Positions 1-12,200 of a stretch of DNA of 64,000 nucleotides are shown piece by piece (position 1 is the first letter of the stretch; the number at the start of each line of letters is the position of its first letter). The stretch spans positions 37,014,001-37,078,000 of the forward strand of contig OZ076412.1 of the NCBI GenBank assembly GCA_964187785.1, written 5' to 3'. A program made the position numbers and the translations under genes. The DNA is from Amphiscolops sp. MND2022 (lineage: Eukaryota). The notes beneath the pieces were generated by a model. That model did not search any database, was not told the DNA's origin, and saw only the letters and a program-made list of their open reading frames with translations.

Positions 1-1467
1 CCTTTTCAACTGTCTCAAACCACCCAAAGATTTTTTGAACCGCCACCCTTGATCAAATGCCAAAAACAATAAACCTTTTCCTGAAAGGTGAAAGTGTTGG
101 GTTTAAATAGTTCTTCGAAATGTTAATTTCTATGCTTCCCTTTTGATGATGATTTTTGTTAATGTTGTTGAGTTGAAAAAAGCAAAGCGCGTTGATCAAA
201 TAAATTAGTCGAAAAGTAGCGTTACCGTTAAACGACTTAAACCAAATCCTTGTTTCAACCACTCAATTCCACTAAAAGATATTGTGTTTTACGTATTTAC
301 AATTTCCTTGAAGCCGCAGAACGTTTCTGGCGAAACAGCTTGAAAACAGCATGATGATCCCTTGCGAAAGTAGCATGATGAATTGATGAGTACTTGTGCT
401 TGTATTTTGTACGGTATTACGCGATTTGTATAAAACAGCATTTGCGGTAGAAACAGCAGATGTAATATTATTCCTCAAAACAGCACATGCGGTATTGTTG
501 ATAAAACAGACTAAGCAGTTAAATGATTAAAACACATTTGGAACCTTCACTAAAACAGCATGTTGTTCACATTAAAAAACAGCATAATGGAACTCTGCGT
601 GACAGTACTGAATTATGTGGTTTTCATAAAACAATATTTGAAGGTTTATATTAGCAGGCAGCTTTATTTACATTTTATTCCGCATTATTAATCCGCTATC
701 ACGGTTCAATTTTTTGATTTTTAGGGACTTGATGTAAAATTTATTTTTACCTTCTGAACCTTGATTTTTGACGTTATGCTGATACAAGTAAACTCAATGG
801 TCACACAGTACAGTCACCCAAATTCGTTAAACAAACTTGCAGTATCCAAATCTTATAGTTTCTCTTTCTCTCAGATATCATTTTCAATTTAATTTCACTC
901 TAATTCTTTGAAAGTCAAAGATTTCCTCTCCCCACACTATTTTCATCATGGGAAACAAAAGAACAAGGCGTTCAAGGAGATAAGAATCTCAGTCTTCAGA
1001 CAGAGAAGACACCTCCTCAGAAACAAGCTTCACATAATGTTTTGAGAATGTGAACAACATCTTTGACAGGAAGTTAGGGGGCGAATTAGAACCTTCACAA
1101 ATCAGGAAAAATTTTTTTTCAGAGATTGGCTGAGGAAAGCAACACTAAAAGGTCACAGATTGAAGAGAAACTGAAAGGTAAATTTGATGAATTACTTTAT
1201 GAATTCAGAGCAAATCGAAATACCAACTCTACTAGTGGAGAAGGGGATGCTGAGAACAACAGGCTTGGTCCTTCTAACTCAGAAAATCAACTTCTCAGGA
1301 GAAAATTCGCTCTCTGAAATCGATATAGACAAAATTCAGGATAATCACTTCCAGTCTTCAGATAGGAACGAACTAAGACATCCATCTAAACTCCTTTGGG
1401 AGTTGTAAATGGGACTTTAGACGAAATTTTCATAATTAATGGAGATAGACCTGAGCCAATTATCACA
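1..1467 (+). repeat. Old Gypsy 5' LTR remnant (begins before the window)
   Basis: Colinear similarity (roughly 70-80% by eye) with 27580-29080, including AAAACAGCA-rich U3 and a decayed Gag-leader frame (MGNKRTRRSRR..); ends in CA at 1466-1467 directly followed by the PBS-like TGGTGGCAGGA. Confidence 0.7.
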
Positions 1468-4137
1468 TGGTGGCAGGACCTACCGAGAACATGAGACAAA
1501 GTTCTAACAAAAATCAAAAAAATTTTATCCCCGAAAACGGTGGTACCTACGAACAAAATTGAACGACACCTAGAACAAGAAGTGGAGCTCAATGAACGCC
1601 CAACGAAAACACAATTGACTGTTGTAAAACAACAATCTAGCTCTCAAAAAGCCAAAAGACTGTCACAAAATACAAAAACGAAAAATAAAACTCCAAACAC
1701 AGTCCCCAAATAGAATCTTCAAACCAATGTCGATTTTGCAACGACAAAAGCCACATAGCAAAAGAGTGTCCAAAACTTGCAAAACGACAGAAAATGGACA
1801 AAGTGCACCAAAATTTTCTCATTGTAACAACCCTGGTCACAAAGAACTTTACTTTGGAGCAAACTTGGAAAATCGTCCACCGAAATGGACACTCACAGAA
1901 ACTCAGCAAAAACTCACTGAAGAGTATAAAAAACCAGTAAACCCACGAAACTCAAACTTTTGACATCGAAGATATAAACTAAAAAAGCCACGCCTTCAAT
2001 CAAAATCGCCATCAAAACGAAATCAGTAGATGGCTGGCAGCACCCACTGAGTGTAAATCCCATAAAAACTATACTGGAAAACGACTCAACGACTGCGAAA
2101 TCACAGTTTCCAACACCTGACACCCATTGTGAGGACCTGTATGAAAATTATGAATTTTACAAGGACGCCCCAGATAAGTATATTTTACGACAAACTTTCG
2201 AACCTGAAAGAGAACAAGAAACACAAAACCAACACCCTACAACTTCACAACATCAAGAAACAGAAACTGAACGCCTGAATCATTAATTTATATCAACAAC
2301 CTCAACTGACGATGAACGCATGTCAGACTTCTTGTGTCGAACCATGGCCCCATATTGAGTTTGATGGTCCGAAATCCAAAAAACTATTCAGTGGAGTATT
2401 GGATTTATCAACTTCTATCGGAACTACATTCCTCGTTTGTCAGAAAATCTATCGCATTTCATCAAATTATTCAAAAATTGTCACAATTCCGGATACCAAA
2501 CACGGTTTTGGATAGTTTCTTGAAGTATACCAACAAATGGAAAAATCACCCACTGAATGAACCGATAAAGAACAAACAGCACATCTTGATGACTGATGCC
2601 AGTTTTACAGCAGCTGGATATGCTATCATGACCGAGCGCAATCCTAACCAATGATTTCAGCCCAGAAGAAAAACCTATGCCCCGATTGCTTTTGAGTCCA
2701 CAATATTCAATCCAACACAACTCACAATGTCCATATACGCCAAAGAATTCTTTATTGATCATTTTGCATTTTCTGAAATTGGACAACTAAAGAGGGAAAT
2801 ACTTTTCCTGTTATCGTTTTTACAAATACCCGATCGTACACAGGCTTCTTTCAAATCAAAACGACTCCACCACTCCTCTGGAACGCCTGTACTCCGGTAT
2901 AATTTCGTCATAGCACTGCTAAAAACTTCCGATGAGGAGCAAAAGTTAACCAAACCGAAAAACTTGAACAAACGAAACGACGTTACAACAAAAGCAATCG
3001 AAATCAGTAAACAGTCCATTGGAGTTGCTAAGGATGAACTCATCTACATGGTTCCTGAAGAATAACAACTGTCGGAAGCAAGAGTAACATTACGTAAAAC
3101 ACCAAAAACGAAAACTCACAGTGACCCAGAAATGTAGTTTCAGTTCTAGAGAACTTCCATTATCCCATGGCAGGTACAATCAACTATAGATAAGGACACT
3201 TCAAAGACAACGCAAAAATCCGCTCAGAACAGAATTTTGATGAACTTCTACTCAATCGTCGAGCCAAAATCGAAGGCGAATCTTACAATGCAACCGAATT
3301 CACACAGAACTACTGATACAAACACTATCTGCAAATAATAACCCGGAGTGAAATCGAACAAGATGTTCTAACAAGAAAAGACTACGATGATATGGGTATG
3401 ATCTCACATTACCAAATTCTTTTACCCAAACGAACAACTCCTAGATGAAATCCAATATACCCTCCATGGGCATAACGCGAACCATCCATGAATCACCAAG
3501 ATGGTCCAAGAAGCAAGACAGAAAAACTTCCACCCATGCATTGCAAAAGAACATTCGAACATAACATGGGAACAAGATGTAAAATGTGATATCAAAACAA
3601 ACGGATCGATAGCGACCTACGGAACTATTCAACTGTCCCGAATGTGACCTCGGTCCAGACGATTTCTTGCATATGGATATTTTTCCGGATCATTCCCCAA
3701 GTGGAGGATATGACAACATCATCTTTGTTCGTAAACTTGGCACAAACAAAACGCAACTTCTTCACCGTATTAGATTGCAAAAATTCCCCCCCTGCTAGCT
3801 CCTCTTGCTAGGTCCATAGATGACCTATATGCCGGCACTTGGGACACCAACTCTGGATCTAGTCCAACTGATTCGGAACTGAAGACATGTGATCAACAAG
3901 AGGGCACAGTTTCACGCAAACCTACTGCTCAATCCGAAAGATACCATAACTTTAAAAAACAGTGGTCGGATCCCAGCAGGACAACCTCAAAATGTCGAAA
4001 AAATGAAAAACATGACCCGATACCAGAAACCTGATGCACAAGAATTTGAAGATATTGTAATTACAAGAAGTGAAAAGTAAATGTAAAACTTAGGTCCAAA
4101 CCCTAACCCTAACTAGTCAGATGCATATGGATATTAA
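1468..4137 (+). pseudogene. Degraded Ty3/Gypsy gag-pol (internally deleted, many stops and frameshifts)
   Basis: PBS-like 1468-1478; zinc-knuckle relic (HCNNPGHK..YFGANLENRP, compare CYSGANWANRP in the young gag); RNase H relic ILMTDASFTAAGYAIMTE and MSIYAKEF; integrase-region fragments 3200-3800, all paralleling the intact pol at 8892-14978. Confidence 0.8.
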
Positions 4138-5788
4138 AAACACAAATCAAGGGACTCAAGATTGAAAGATCTTAAGTTTCTGATATTTTGACAGAAAATA
4201 CCAAAACACCAAATCATACTTAATCAGCCTGATGGGAGTACAGGACATGATAACAGAAATGAACGCGACATGAACAGATAAATACATACAAAAAACTACA
4301 AAATCAAGGCAAAAAGTCAACCTGAAATTGGATGAATTTCATTTTGTCCAAAATATTCCTTCTTTATGAAACGATTTTTGGAAGAGTCAGGTTTAAAAAG
4401 AAATAAGAGATGTGTTTCTGAGACAACCAGGGATACTGTAAGGACCGGAGCTCCGAGAACAGGGATTTGGTCTTAGACTTCCCTGAATGACTGAGACCGG
4501 ATTGGATCGGTGTTACAGCAACAAACTTCGAAGACGATCAAGCAGCACTCAATTCAGGCTGTTTGGGGCTAGTTTGACTTGTAGCCATTTGCCTCTCTTA
4601 CTCTGTCATTGAACAAGTGTTGCGGGAAACCAGGCGGTTCAAAAGAAATTGGTGTCGGGAAGAACACGAAGATGTTACACCCCAGACTGAAAACGAGCTG
4701 TCGTCGAAAAGAGTCCTTCCTTTCACCAACAAGGAGAAGACAGCAGCAACTTTACGTGGGTTAGGCAAATAACCCATGAACGTTTGGAACCACGATCAAA
4801 GAGGACTGCACACTACTGACACAGAAGTCAAACTCGCGAATATCAGAGGACAATTTAGGTAAATTAACAGTATTTTTTTCAAAAAGAAAAACAAAAACTT
4901 TTCTAAATTTTCAACAAAAAAACTGAACCTAATTCAATGGATACCAGATGTTTCACAATACTATAGAGCCATTGTTCTTGGACCAGAAAAACACAAAGTT
5001 GCTCTGATTCATAACAATCTGTCTGCTCTCTGTGGCGAATCACACGTTCGTCTAAAATTGACATCCCTTGAAGCACTTTGGATTTTCAGAGGCTATGTTT
5101 CAACAAGAAGAAACAAAAGGTACTTCAAAAACGAGTGTTAGTTCCACAAAGTGACCAGAGGTGGGTGTCCTACTTTCGCCAACTTGACCAGCAAACTCAC
5201 TATTCTTTAGAAACTCGGAGGGAGTTTTGAGAGGGAGATCACGCAGAGAGATCAATTGTCAAAAACCTATACCAGGCCGGAATGTCTCCAACGAATGAGT
5301 ACGGCAAGATGGTCCGAAATTGGGTACACGCGAAAGTGGCGACAGCGATGTAGATGCGGAAGCGTTCGGTCGAAAATCTTTTGAAAGCGGAACGATCTGA
5401 CAAAATTTAACTGACACCCGACAAGAAGCATGGAAAAGGAATGCAGAAAGAAACCATTAATGTACAAGGACATTTCTGATCAGGAATAATTTTGCTGGAT
5501 TAGTTTTGTCCTTGTAAATATTTTGTCAAGGCTTCTGTGCTAAAAACATACGATTGAAAGAGAAAGAAACAGAAATAATAAGAAGAATTAAACAGGGATT
5601 TATTTCTTTCAAGTGCTATTTAAACGCCTTGAGACCATCAGCGAGCGGCAAATGAGAGGCAACTCTAGCCCAATTCTGAGAGAGCTGTTCAAGGTTCACA
5701 ATGGAATCTTCATGGCAGTGTTCAAGGTCAATGATGGCCTGAAACAAAACAAATACTCAAAAAAACAGCATTTCAGCATCTCATTATA

Positions 5789-7995
5789 TGTCACAGCCCC
5801 ACTTGAGCTGTGAGTATTGCAGCAGAATCAACCCAGTCTTCGAAGAATAAATTAGGAAATGGAAAAGGAGAAATGAAAACAGAAAACCAGAAAACAATCA
5901 GTTCAATCCATACAACCTGAAATAATGGCGCTAAATAATATAATAATTAGAAGAAATTATATATTAATATTTATGTAGTTATATATACTTACATACAGTG
6001 TACTAACCGGTATAAAGCTACTTGTGCAGTTAATAGTATTAATACGGTGCTATATAATTAATAGTAATACAATCACACCGCTCAGTAAGCGGCCTGAATG
6101 AATAATGGCGGAACTGCGGCCTGGCAGCCGGCCTGAGATATGCGCAGTGAAGCGGTGGCCTGGCGAGTGGCCTGAGAATGAAAGTGCTACGAATCAATCT
6201 CTAACACTAATTATGCTATTTTGTGAATACATGTAAACCTGTTGATGCGTTAAACGAGTATTAGAACAACGTTATACATGTAATTGTCCATATAAACAAG
6301 TATTGGAGCTAACTTTGAAATACCGATATACTGCGGCCCAGGACATGGCCTGAAATGTAAATCTATAAAATCCATTGTAGAAATGGAAATTGTTAATGTT
6401 AATAGTGATCGTTTCTGCTCCTAATGAGCCTACCAATCAATGCCTGCAATCTCAAAAGATGCCTGAAGATAAAGAATGAAGTATGATGCTATTTTTACAG
6501 ATAAACCATGTTCAAGTGCTAAATGAAGTAGACCGCGGCCTGAGACACGGCCTGAAATCTATTCTGACCAAATCCATCCTGGAATTGGAAATATCGATCC
6601 CCCTAACCATTTCTCCGCTCTCGCGAGGGAGCAGTGACGTAACACATACAACAGTAAGCGATATTGATTGATTGCATGCAATGTATGATGATTTTAACCA
6701 TGTAAATGCAGTATTTAATTTGAGAACGCCAAGCTGCGGCCCAGACCTTGGCCTGGGATTAAATGTTCGATTTAATTTGTTTAATCTCCATAAATGATTT
6801 GTGTTGCCTTGTTTAGAGTTAATTTCCACTCAACTAGATTGGGAAGAGACTCGAACCGTATTTTCGAGTTGATTCTAATCACTGAATTGTTTGTTGTTGA
6901 TATAATTAATCATTATTTTTCGGGAAATGATTTTATTTTGCCTCAACCGTTCCAGACCTCAGCCTGGGACCGAGCTTTCCCATTTATACTCGAATTTGTG
7001 ATTTTTAAGCTCTCATGAGTGAACTTTATGAGCTAATTTGTATTTCTTATTAAATAATCATCTCGCCGTGCAATATTTGAACCAAATTAATTCGGGAAAT
7101 TCTCATTTTCCCAATTTCCAATTTGTTGCTTTGTTCGATCATTTCGCTCTTTGGGCGTGCGCAGTGACTAATTTTTTTTCACACTTTGTTCAGTTTCGGC
7201 GTCTTGAAAAGGCGGGAGTTGGAGGTGAAGGGAAGCGGAGTCGCAACTCAGACAGGAAGTGGACGCGTGCTTTCCTCGGAAAGCATGAACAAACTGAGAG
7301 TCTGAGTTCGACAAAGCGGAACTGAACTTCCTGTTTCTCCGCCTTGGAGGGACGCCGGGCTGAATGAAGTGTGAAGGTGGTGCGGATTTTTCCCCGCTTC
7401 ACGTGGGTGAAAAGTATATATACTTTGGAAAATTGAATAATTTCAGTGAATAATAGTCTTGATAATTTCAACAAGTTGATAATTTGACAATTTCGTTAGA
7501 ATCTTGAAATTCAATAATCGCTCGTTGTAAAACAACTTTGCTTTTCACTTTGAAAATACAATTGAAGATTAAAAAACCTCAATCTTTTCCCTCATCTTCT
7601 CGTTGGATAATCTCGAGCTTATAAATCTTAAACCTGGAAAATGCCTGAAAGATCCTCTAAAAGAAAGGCCAGGAGAGATTCAGTGACTAGTTCACTAGGC
7701 GAGCCAGAAGCAACCAGTTTAAGAACTGAAAACGTTCCCAGTATTTCCGACCGAGACTTCTCTGAGCTATCTGAGAAAATTGAAAAGTCAGTGACCAGAA
7801 GGATAAAAGATGCTGAAGTTGGACAGAGGGAGATTTTGAAGATGATCGAGAATTTATCCTCAAAAATAGATTCACTGTCCGGTCAACCGCCCAATTGTGA
7901 AAACCTCGCCTTAGATCCCGACGAGATCGAAAATCAAGCCTCAACATCAAGGCCATCCATACTGAACGAGTTGCACCCATCACAGGGTCAACACA
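5789..7995 (+). repeat. 5' LTR (2207 bp)
   Basis: Starts TGTCACAG, ends CAACACA, followed by TGG of the PBS; direct repeat of 19918-22122 with about 5 substitutions and two 1-bp indels seen by eye. Confidence 0.97.
7250..7450 (+). promoter_or_regulatory. Putative LTR core promoter
   Basis: ETS-like CAGGAAGT sites (about 7253 and, inverted, about 7324), E-box CACGTG (about 7400), perfect 16-bp palindrome AAAGTATATATACTTT (7411-7426) containing a TATA box, Inr-like TCAGT at 7443-7447 about 30 bp downstream; ATTAAA at 7568-7573 as a possible poly(A) signal in R. Confidence 0.5.
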
Positions 7996-9210
7996 TGGTG
8001 ACAGGAGTGTTCCCCCAAACAGAAGTGCCGCCCCGATCATCAAGCCTACCGCCCCCCAACCAGAAATACCCGGACCACATAGTGGAAAAGCTACTAGAAT
8101 CGCTAAAGAACGTAACCCAACAAAATATCGGGCTCCCTAGACTGCCAAAAGCGATGTCAACAACAATGCCTACTTTCAAAGGTAAAAATGACAAGTTTGA
8201 ACACTTCGAAGACCTTTTTATGACTAGCCTCAAAGTGTATCCCAACATATCCGAAGAAGAGAAAATACACTATTTTCATTCCTTACTCAGGGATGACGCC
8301 CTGCAGACATACCGCAATATGACCGACACAAACCGTGCCAGCCTGGAGGACATCATAGCAACCTTCAGACGACGATATGTCCGCCCCCAATCTATCGCAA
8401 CAGCCCGCTGCAAATGGAATCAGCTCTATTTTGACCCATCCCAACAAACTTTTCAAGATTTCTTGGAGCAGTATCAAAAACTGGCCCAAGAAGCATACGG
8501 AGATGACGCCCCCAAGTTCATTGAGACCTCCTTCTACGCCAAAATGCCGACCCACCTAAAACGAGTGCTAAACCAGGCAAGGTTAGAAACTGAATCGTAC
8601 GAAATGATGGTCGAGCACCTAGAAAGAGAGATGGAGCTAAACGGACTGTTGGCACCAAACGAGAGCAACATAACAGGAGTGCACCAAATTGACGTGCAAG
8701 ACCCACAACAAGCTCCGAACCCCCCCCCCCCCCAAACCGTCAGGACCATGCTACGGATGTGGGCAATCCGGCCATGTTGTCAAAAATTGCAGAAAAGTAG
8801 CCCGCGAAGCTCGCAATCGGGGTAACAGAGTGCCCAACAAAATAGTTAACCCATGCGAAACCTGTGGCAAGAAAAGCCACACAACTGAAGAATGCTACTC
8901 AGGCGCCAACTGGGCAAATCGACCACAATGGTGGAAAACCCCCAAGGCCACGTCCTCAAACAGCATACCGCTACCGCCACAGTCACAAGGTCAGTATGCC
9001 AAAACCAATTTACCAGTGACCCAACCGCCATATCAAAATCAAACAACCAGCCAAATGGGCTACCTACCTCCTCTTTCAATGACAACCCAACCCCAAACCC
9101 AAACTCAGTACCACAACCAGACAACTGGCCACATGGGATTCATACCTCCCGCGCAAGTGACTACCCAACCTCAAACTCAACCTCAAAACCAAACCCAGTC
9201 AAAAAACTAG
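7641..9210 (+). CDS. gag: Gag (capsid-like domain plus two CCHC zinc knuckles), interrupted by a 1-nt frameshift in a C14 run at 8720-8733
   Basis: ORF 7641-8825 has the MPTFKGKNDKFEHFEDLF...YFHSLLRDDALQ capsid-like region; ORF 8689-9210 continues with CYGCGQSGHVVKNC and CETCGKKSHTTEEC (CX2CX4HX4C). Confidence 0.9.
7996..8009 (+). promoter_or_regulatory. Primer binding site, tRNA-Leu-like
   Basis: TGGTGACAGGAGTG abuts the LTR end; 13/14 match to the complement of the metazoan tRNA-Leu(CAG) 3' end as I recall it (TGGTGTCAGGAGTG). Confidence 0.8.
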
Positions 9211-12200
9211 CTTTGCCACATCTTCAGTTTGGGGAGATTGTCGAAACCCGACATTTCACAACATCAGAACCCCCAAATACCTACGACCACGAAGAAAATG
9301 ACGAGCGACATGAAGAACCATCTCTCGACTGGCAGCGAAGATGGCAGATTCACAAGCTCAACAAACAAAATAGACAAAACATGACTAAAAAGGACTACCC
9401 CCAATGGTACCTTGACAATCCAACCGACTACAGTACCCCAAAACGACCACTACCCGAAAGTACTGCCCCTGAAACCTACATACATGACCCTGACTACAAC
9501 TGTGACCCCTACCACAATCCCAAAATCTACGACCAAACGACTCTAACCTTTAAACAACGAGAGTGTACGCCATTTGAGGAATTTATCAAGAAAACTGGGA
9601 TGAATATCTCGACAGAAGCACGTCACAGACCGAAGACCGTTCAACCAGTCCCAGAGTACGACCAGGACGCGGAAAAAGTGTCAGAAATAATAGTCGACGA
9701 GCTGACTAACAAACCCAAGTCCATACTCAAAGATCACGGATCACAAACAACGGCTCCACAATCGCCACCAAAAAACCAACCAGTTAACCCAATCAGAGCC
9801 GGAAGAATACGATCCCCAACAATGGACGTGGCACCCGACTGCCACCAACATGAAAATCTCACCGGCAGGACCACGACTGAAGCCGTGGACCTGACACAAA
9901 CCACAACAAACACGGAGATAACAATCTCCACACCGCAAACAAGGAGAATAAAAAGGTCTCTACTCCTAGAGCCTCTCTCCTACAACGAGGCGTCGTCCTC
10001 ACTCTCCTCCCCAAGAAGTCAGTCCGCAAATGAAGTCGAGGACCCTCGACCCATTACGACTGACGAAACGAACATGCAGTCTGAATCCCTACCCGGTGAT
10101 GCAAACAGCACACCACCCCAGGACGTACCTAGGTCCTACCCCAACGAACAGGCTGCAGAATACCCGAATCAAGATTATTCAGGCAGAGGGACACGAGCCC
10201 CCCTCTCTTCTAACACCAGGCAGTCCGAAAATGAGACCGAGAACCCTCGTCCCATTACGATTGCCGCAACCAACATGCAATCTGCATCCCCCTCAAGTGC
10301 TGTAAACGACACACCAACCCAGGACGAACCCCAGTCCTACCCCCTGGCGCAGATTGCAGAATACCTCACAAGAGACCCAATCACCAAAGAGGAATGCATC
10401 CCAATCTTCTCAGCGGTGACTCTTAAGAAAAAGAAGAAGATGCTATTCGCCCCAATGGACTTCCAGGACCTGACCCTGGACGCCCTCATTGACTCTGGAG
10501 CGCTGGTCAACTGCATCTCCGAAACCGATTACAACAAAATCCTTCAGATGTCCCCCAAGGACATAGTCAAAGAAATGGAACCGCCCCCGTTCAAACTCCA
10601 AGTCGCAAACGGCGACATTGAAGCCCCCACCAAAACAATAATCCTCCAATTTGAAATAGGGGACTGGAACTTCAAAGAGACGTTCATTGTTGCAAAACGA
10701 CTGACAGGCCCAATACTTGGCCTCACATTCCTGAAAAACAACAGCGCCATTCTGGATGTAAGCCAAGGCCTACTCCACTTCCCCCATCTAACGTACTCAA
10801 TTGAAACCGACGAGTACACCCGCAACCGAAAGATGTACAAAGTACAAGTAAAGAATCCAATCACCATTCCTCCTGAAACAACCCAGACAATCACCGCCTA
10901 CACAGACATAACGTCTACCATCAGCACAACCGGTGTCATCAACCCAGCTACCAACCATTGTAGCGGTGACCCCTTAGTAGTAGCCAGCTCAATATCTACA
11001 GCCTCCAACAGGAAAATTGAGGTAAGGGTGACCAACACTACCCCCACACCCTACACAATAAAAAAGAACACGACGGTTGCTGAATTCAAAATTATGTCGC
11101 CCGAAGAAGCCAAAGAGCTCAAACCGCTCAACACCGCAGCACTAAAAGTGCTCACGGAGGATGACTCAGAAGATGCGATACTATACATCAACGAACTCCT
11201 GAAAACTTCGGACCAACCTTCCCAGAGTCAAAACTTTTGGTTCCCCACACCAGACAATCCTGGCGACCCTAGTACCCACACGCCGATTCAAAGCAGAATA
11301 CTGAGGGAAATCAAGGAACTGGAAGAGATCCAGAAACTGGACCCCAATAACAATGCTGAAGACCGAGAGGCATTCCTCAAAAACTTAAAATGGGATGATT
11401 CCCAATTAACAGAAAATGACCAAAAAGACATTGAGGAAATCTTGATAGAGTTCAATGACATTTTCGCGAGGCACAGACTAGACATCGGAATCAACCACGA
11501 CATTAAAATCAAGCTCACGCCAAAAACAGACGACCCAGTCTACTCGCAAAGCCTGCCTTGCCCCATTAACTTGAAAGAGGACTTGACAGTGGAACTGGAA
11601 TTAATGCATTACTTCGGGATTATAACAACCCTCCCGTTCAGCAAGTATGCCAGCCCGATTTTCTCTCAACGAAAGCCGAACGGCCGCCTACGGCTCCTAG
11701 TAGATCTCAGAAAGATCAACAACCTGATTTCCGATGATTACATCAATAACAATCATCCGGTCAGCACCCTAACGGACGCGGCACAACACCTCGCTGGCAA
11801 GAAGTTGTTTTGTAAGCTTGATTGCTCACAAGCTTACCACGTACTGCAGATGGCAGACCAGAAGTCAGTCCAACTCCTAGCTTTCAACTTCGCCAGCAGG
11901 ACGTTCGCGTACCTCAGGCTGGCCCAGGGACTGAGCCGCTCACTGTCATCCTTCTCAAGCTTCATGAGGGAGTATCTGGACAAAGCCATAAAGGCGGATA
12001 AATGCGCCCAATACGTGGACGACATTGGAATCGCCACAAACACTCCTGAAGAGTTGAAAAACAATTTGAGAGAGGTCTTCCAATGCATCCGCGCCGCAGG
12101 ACTCCGGCTCACAATGGCGAAATGTCAGTTCGGCGCCAAGGAAGTCGAATTCCTTGGGCGGACGATCTCCCCATCAGGTGTAGCACCCCAGAGCCACAAG

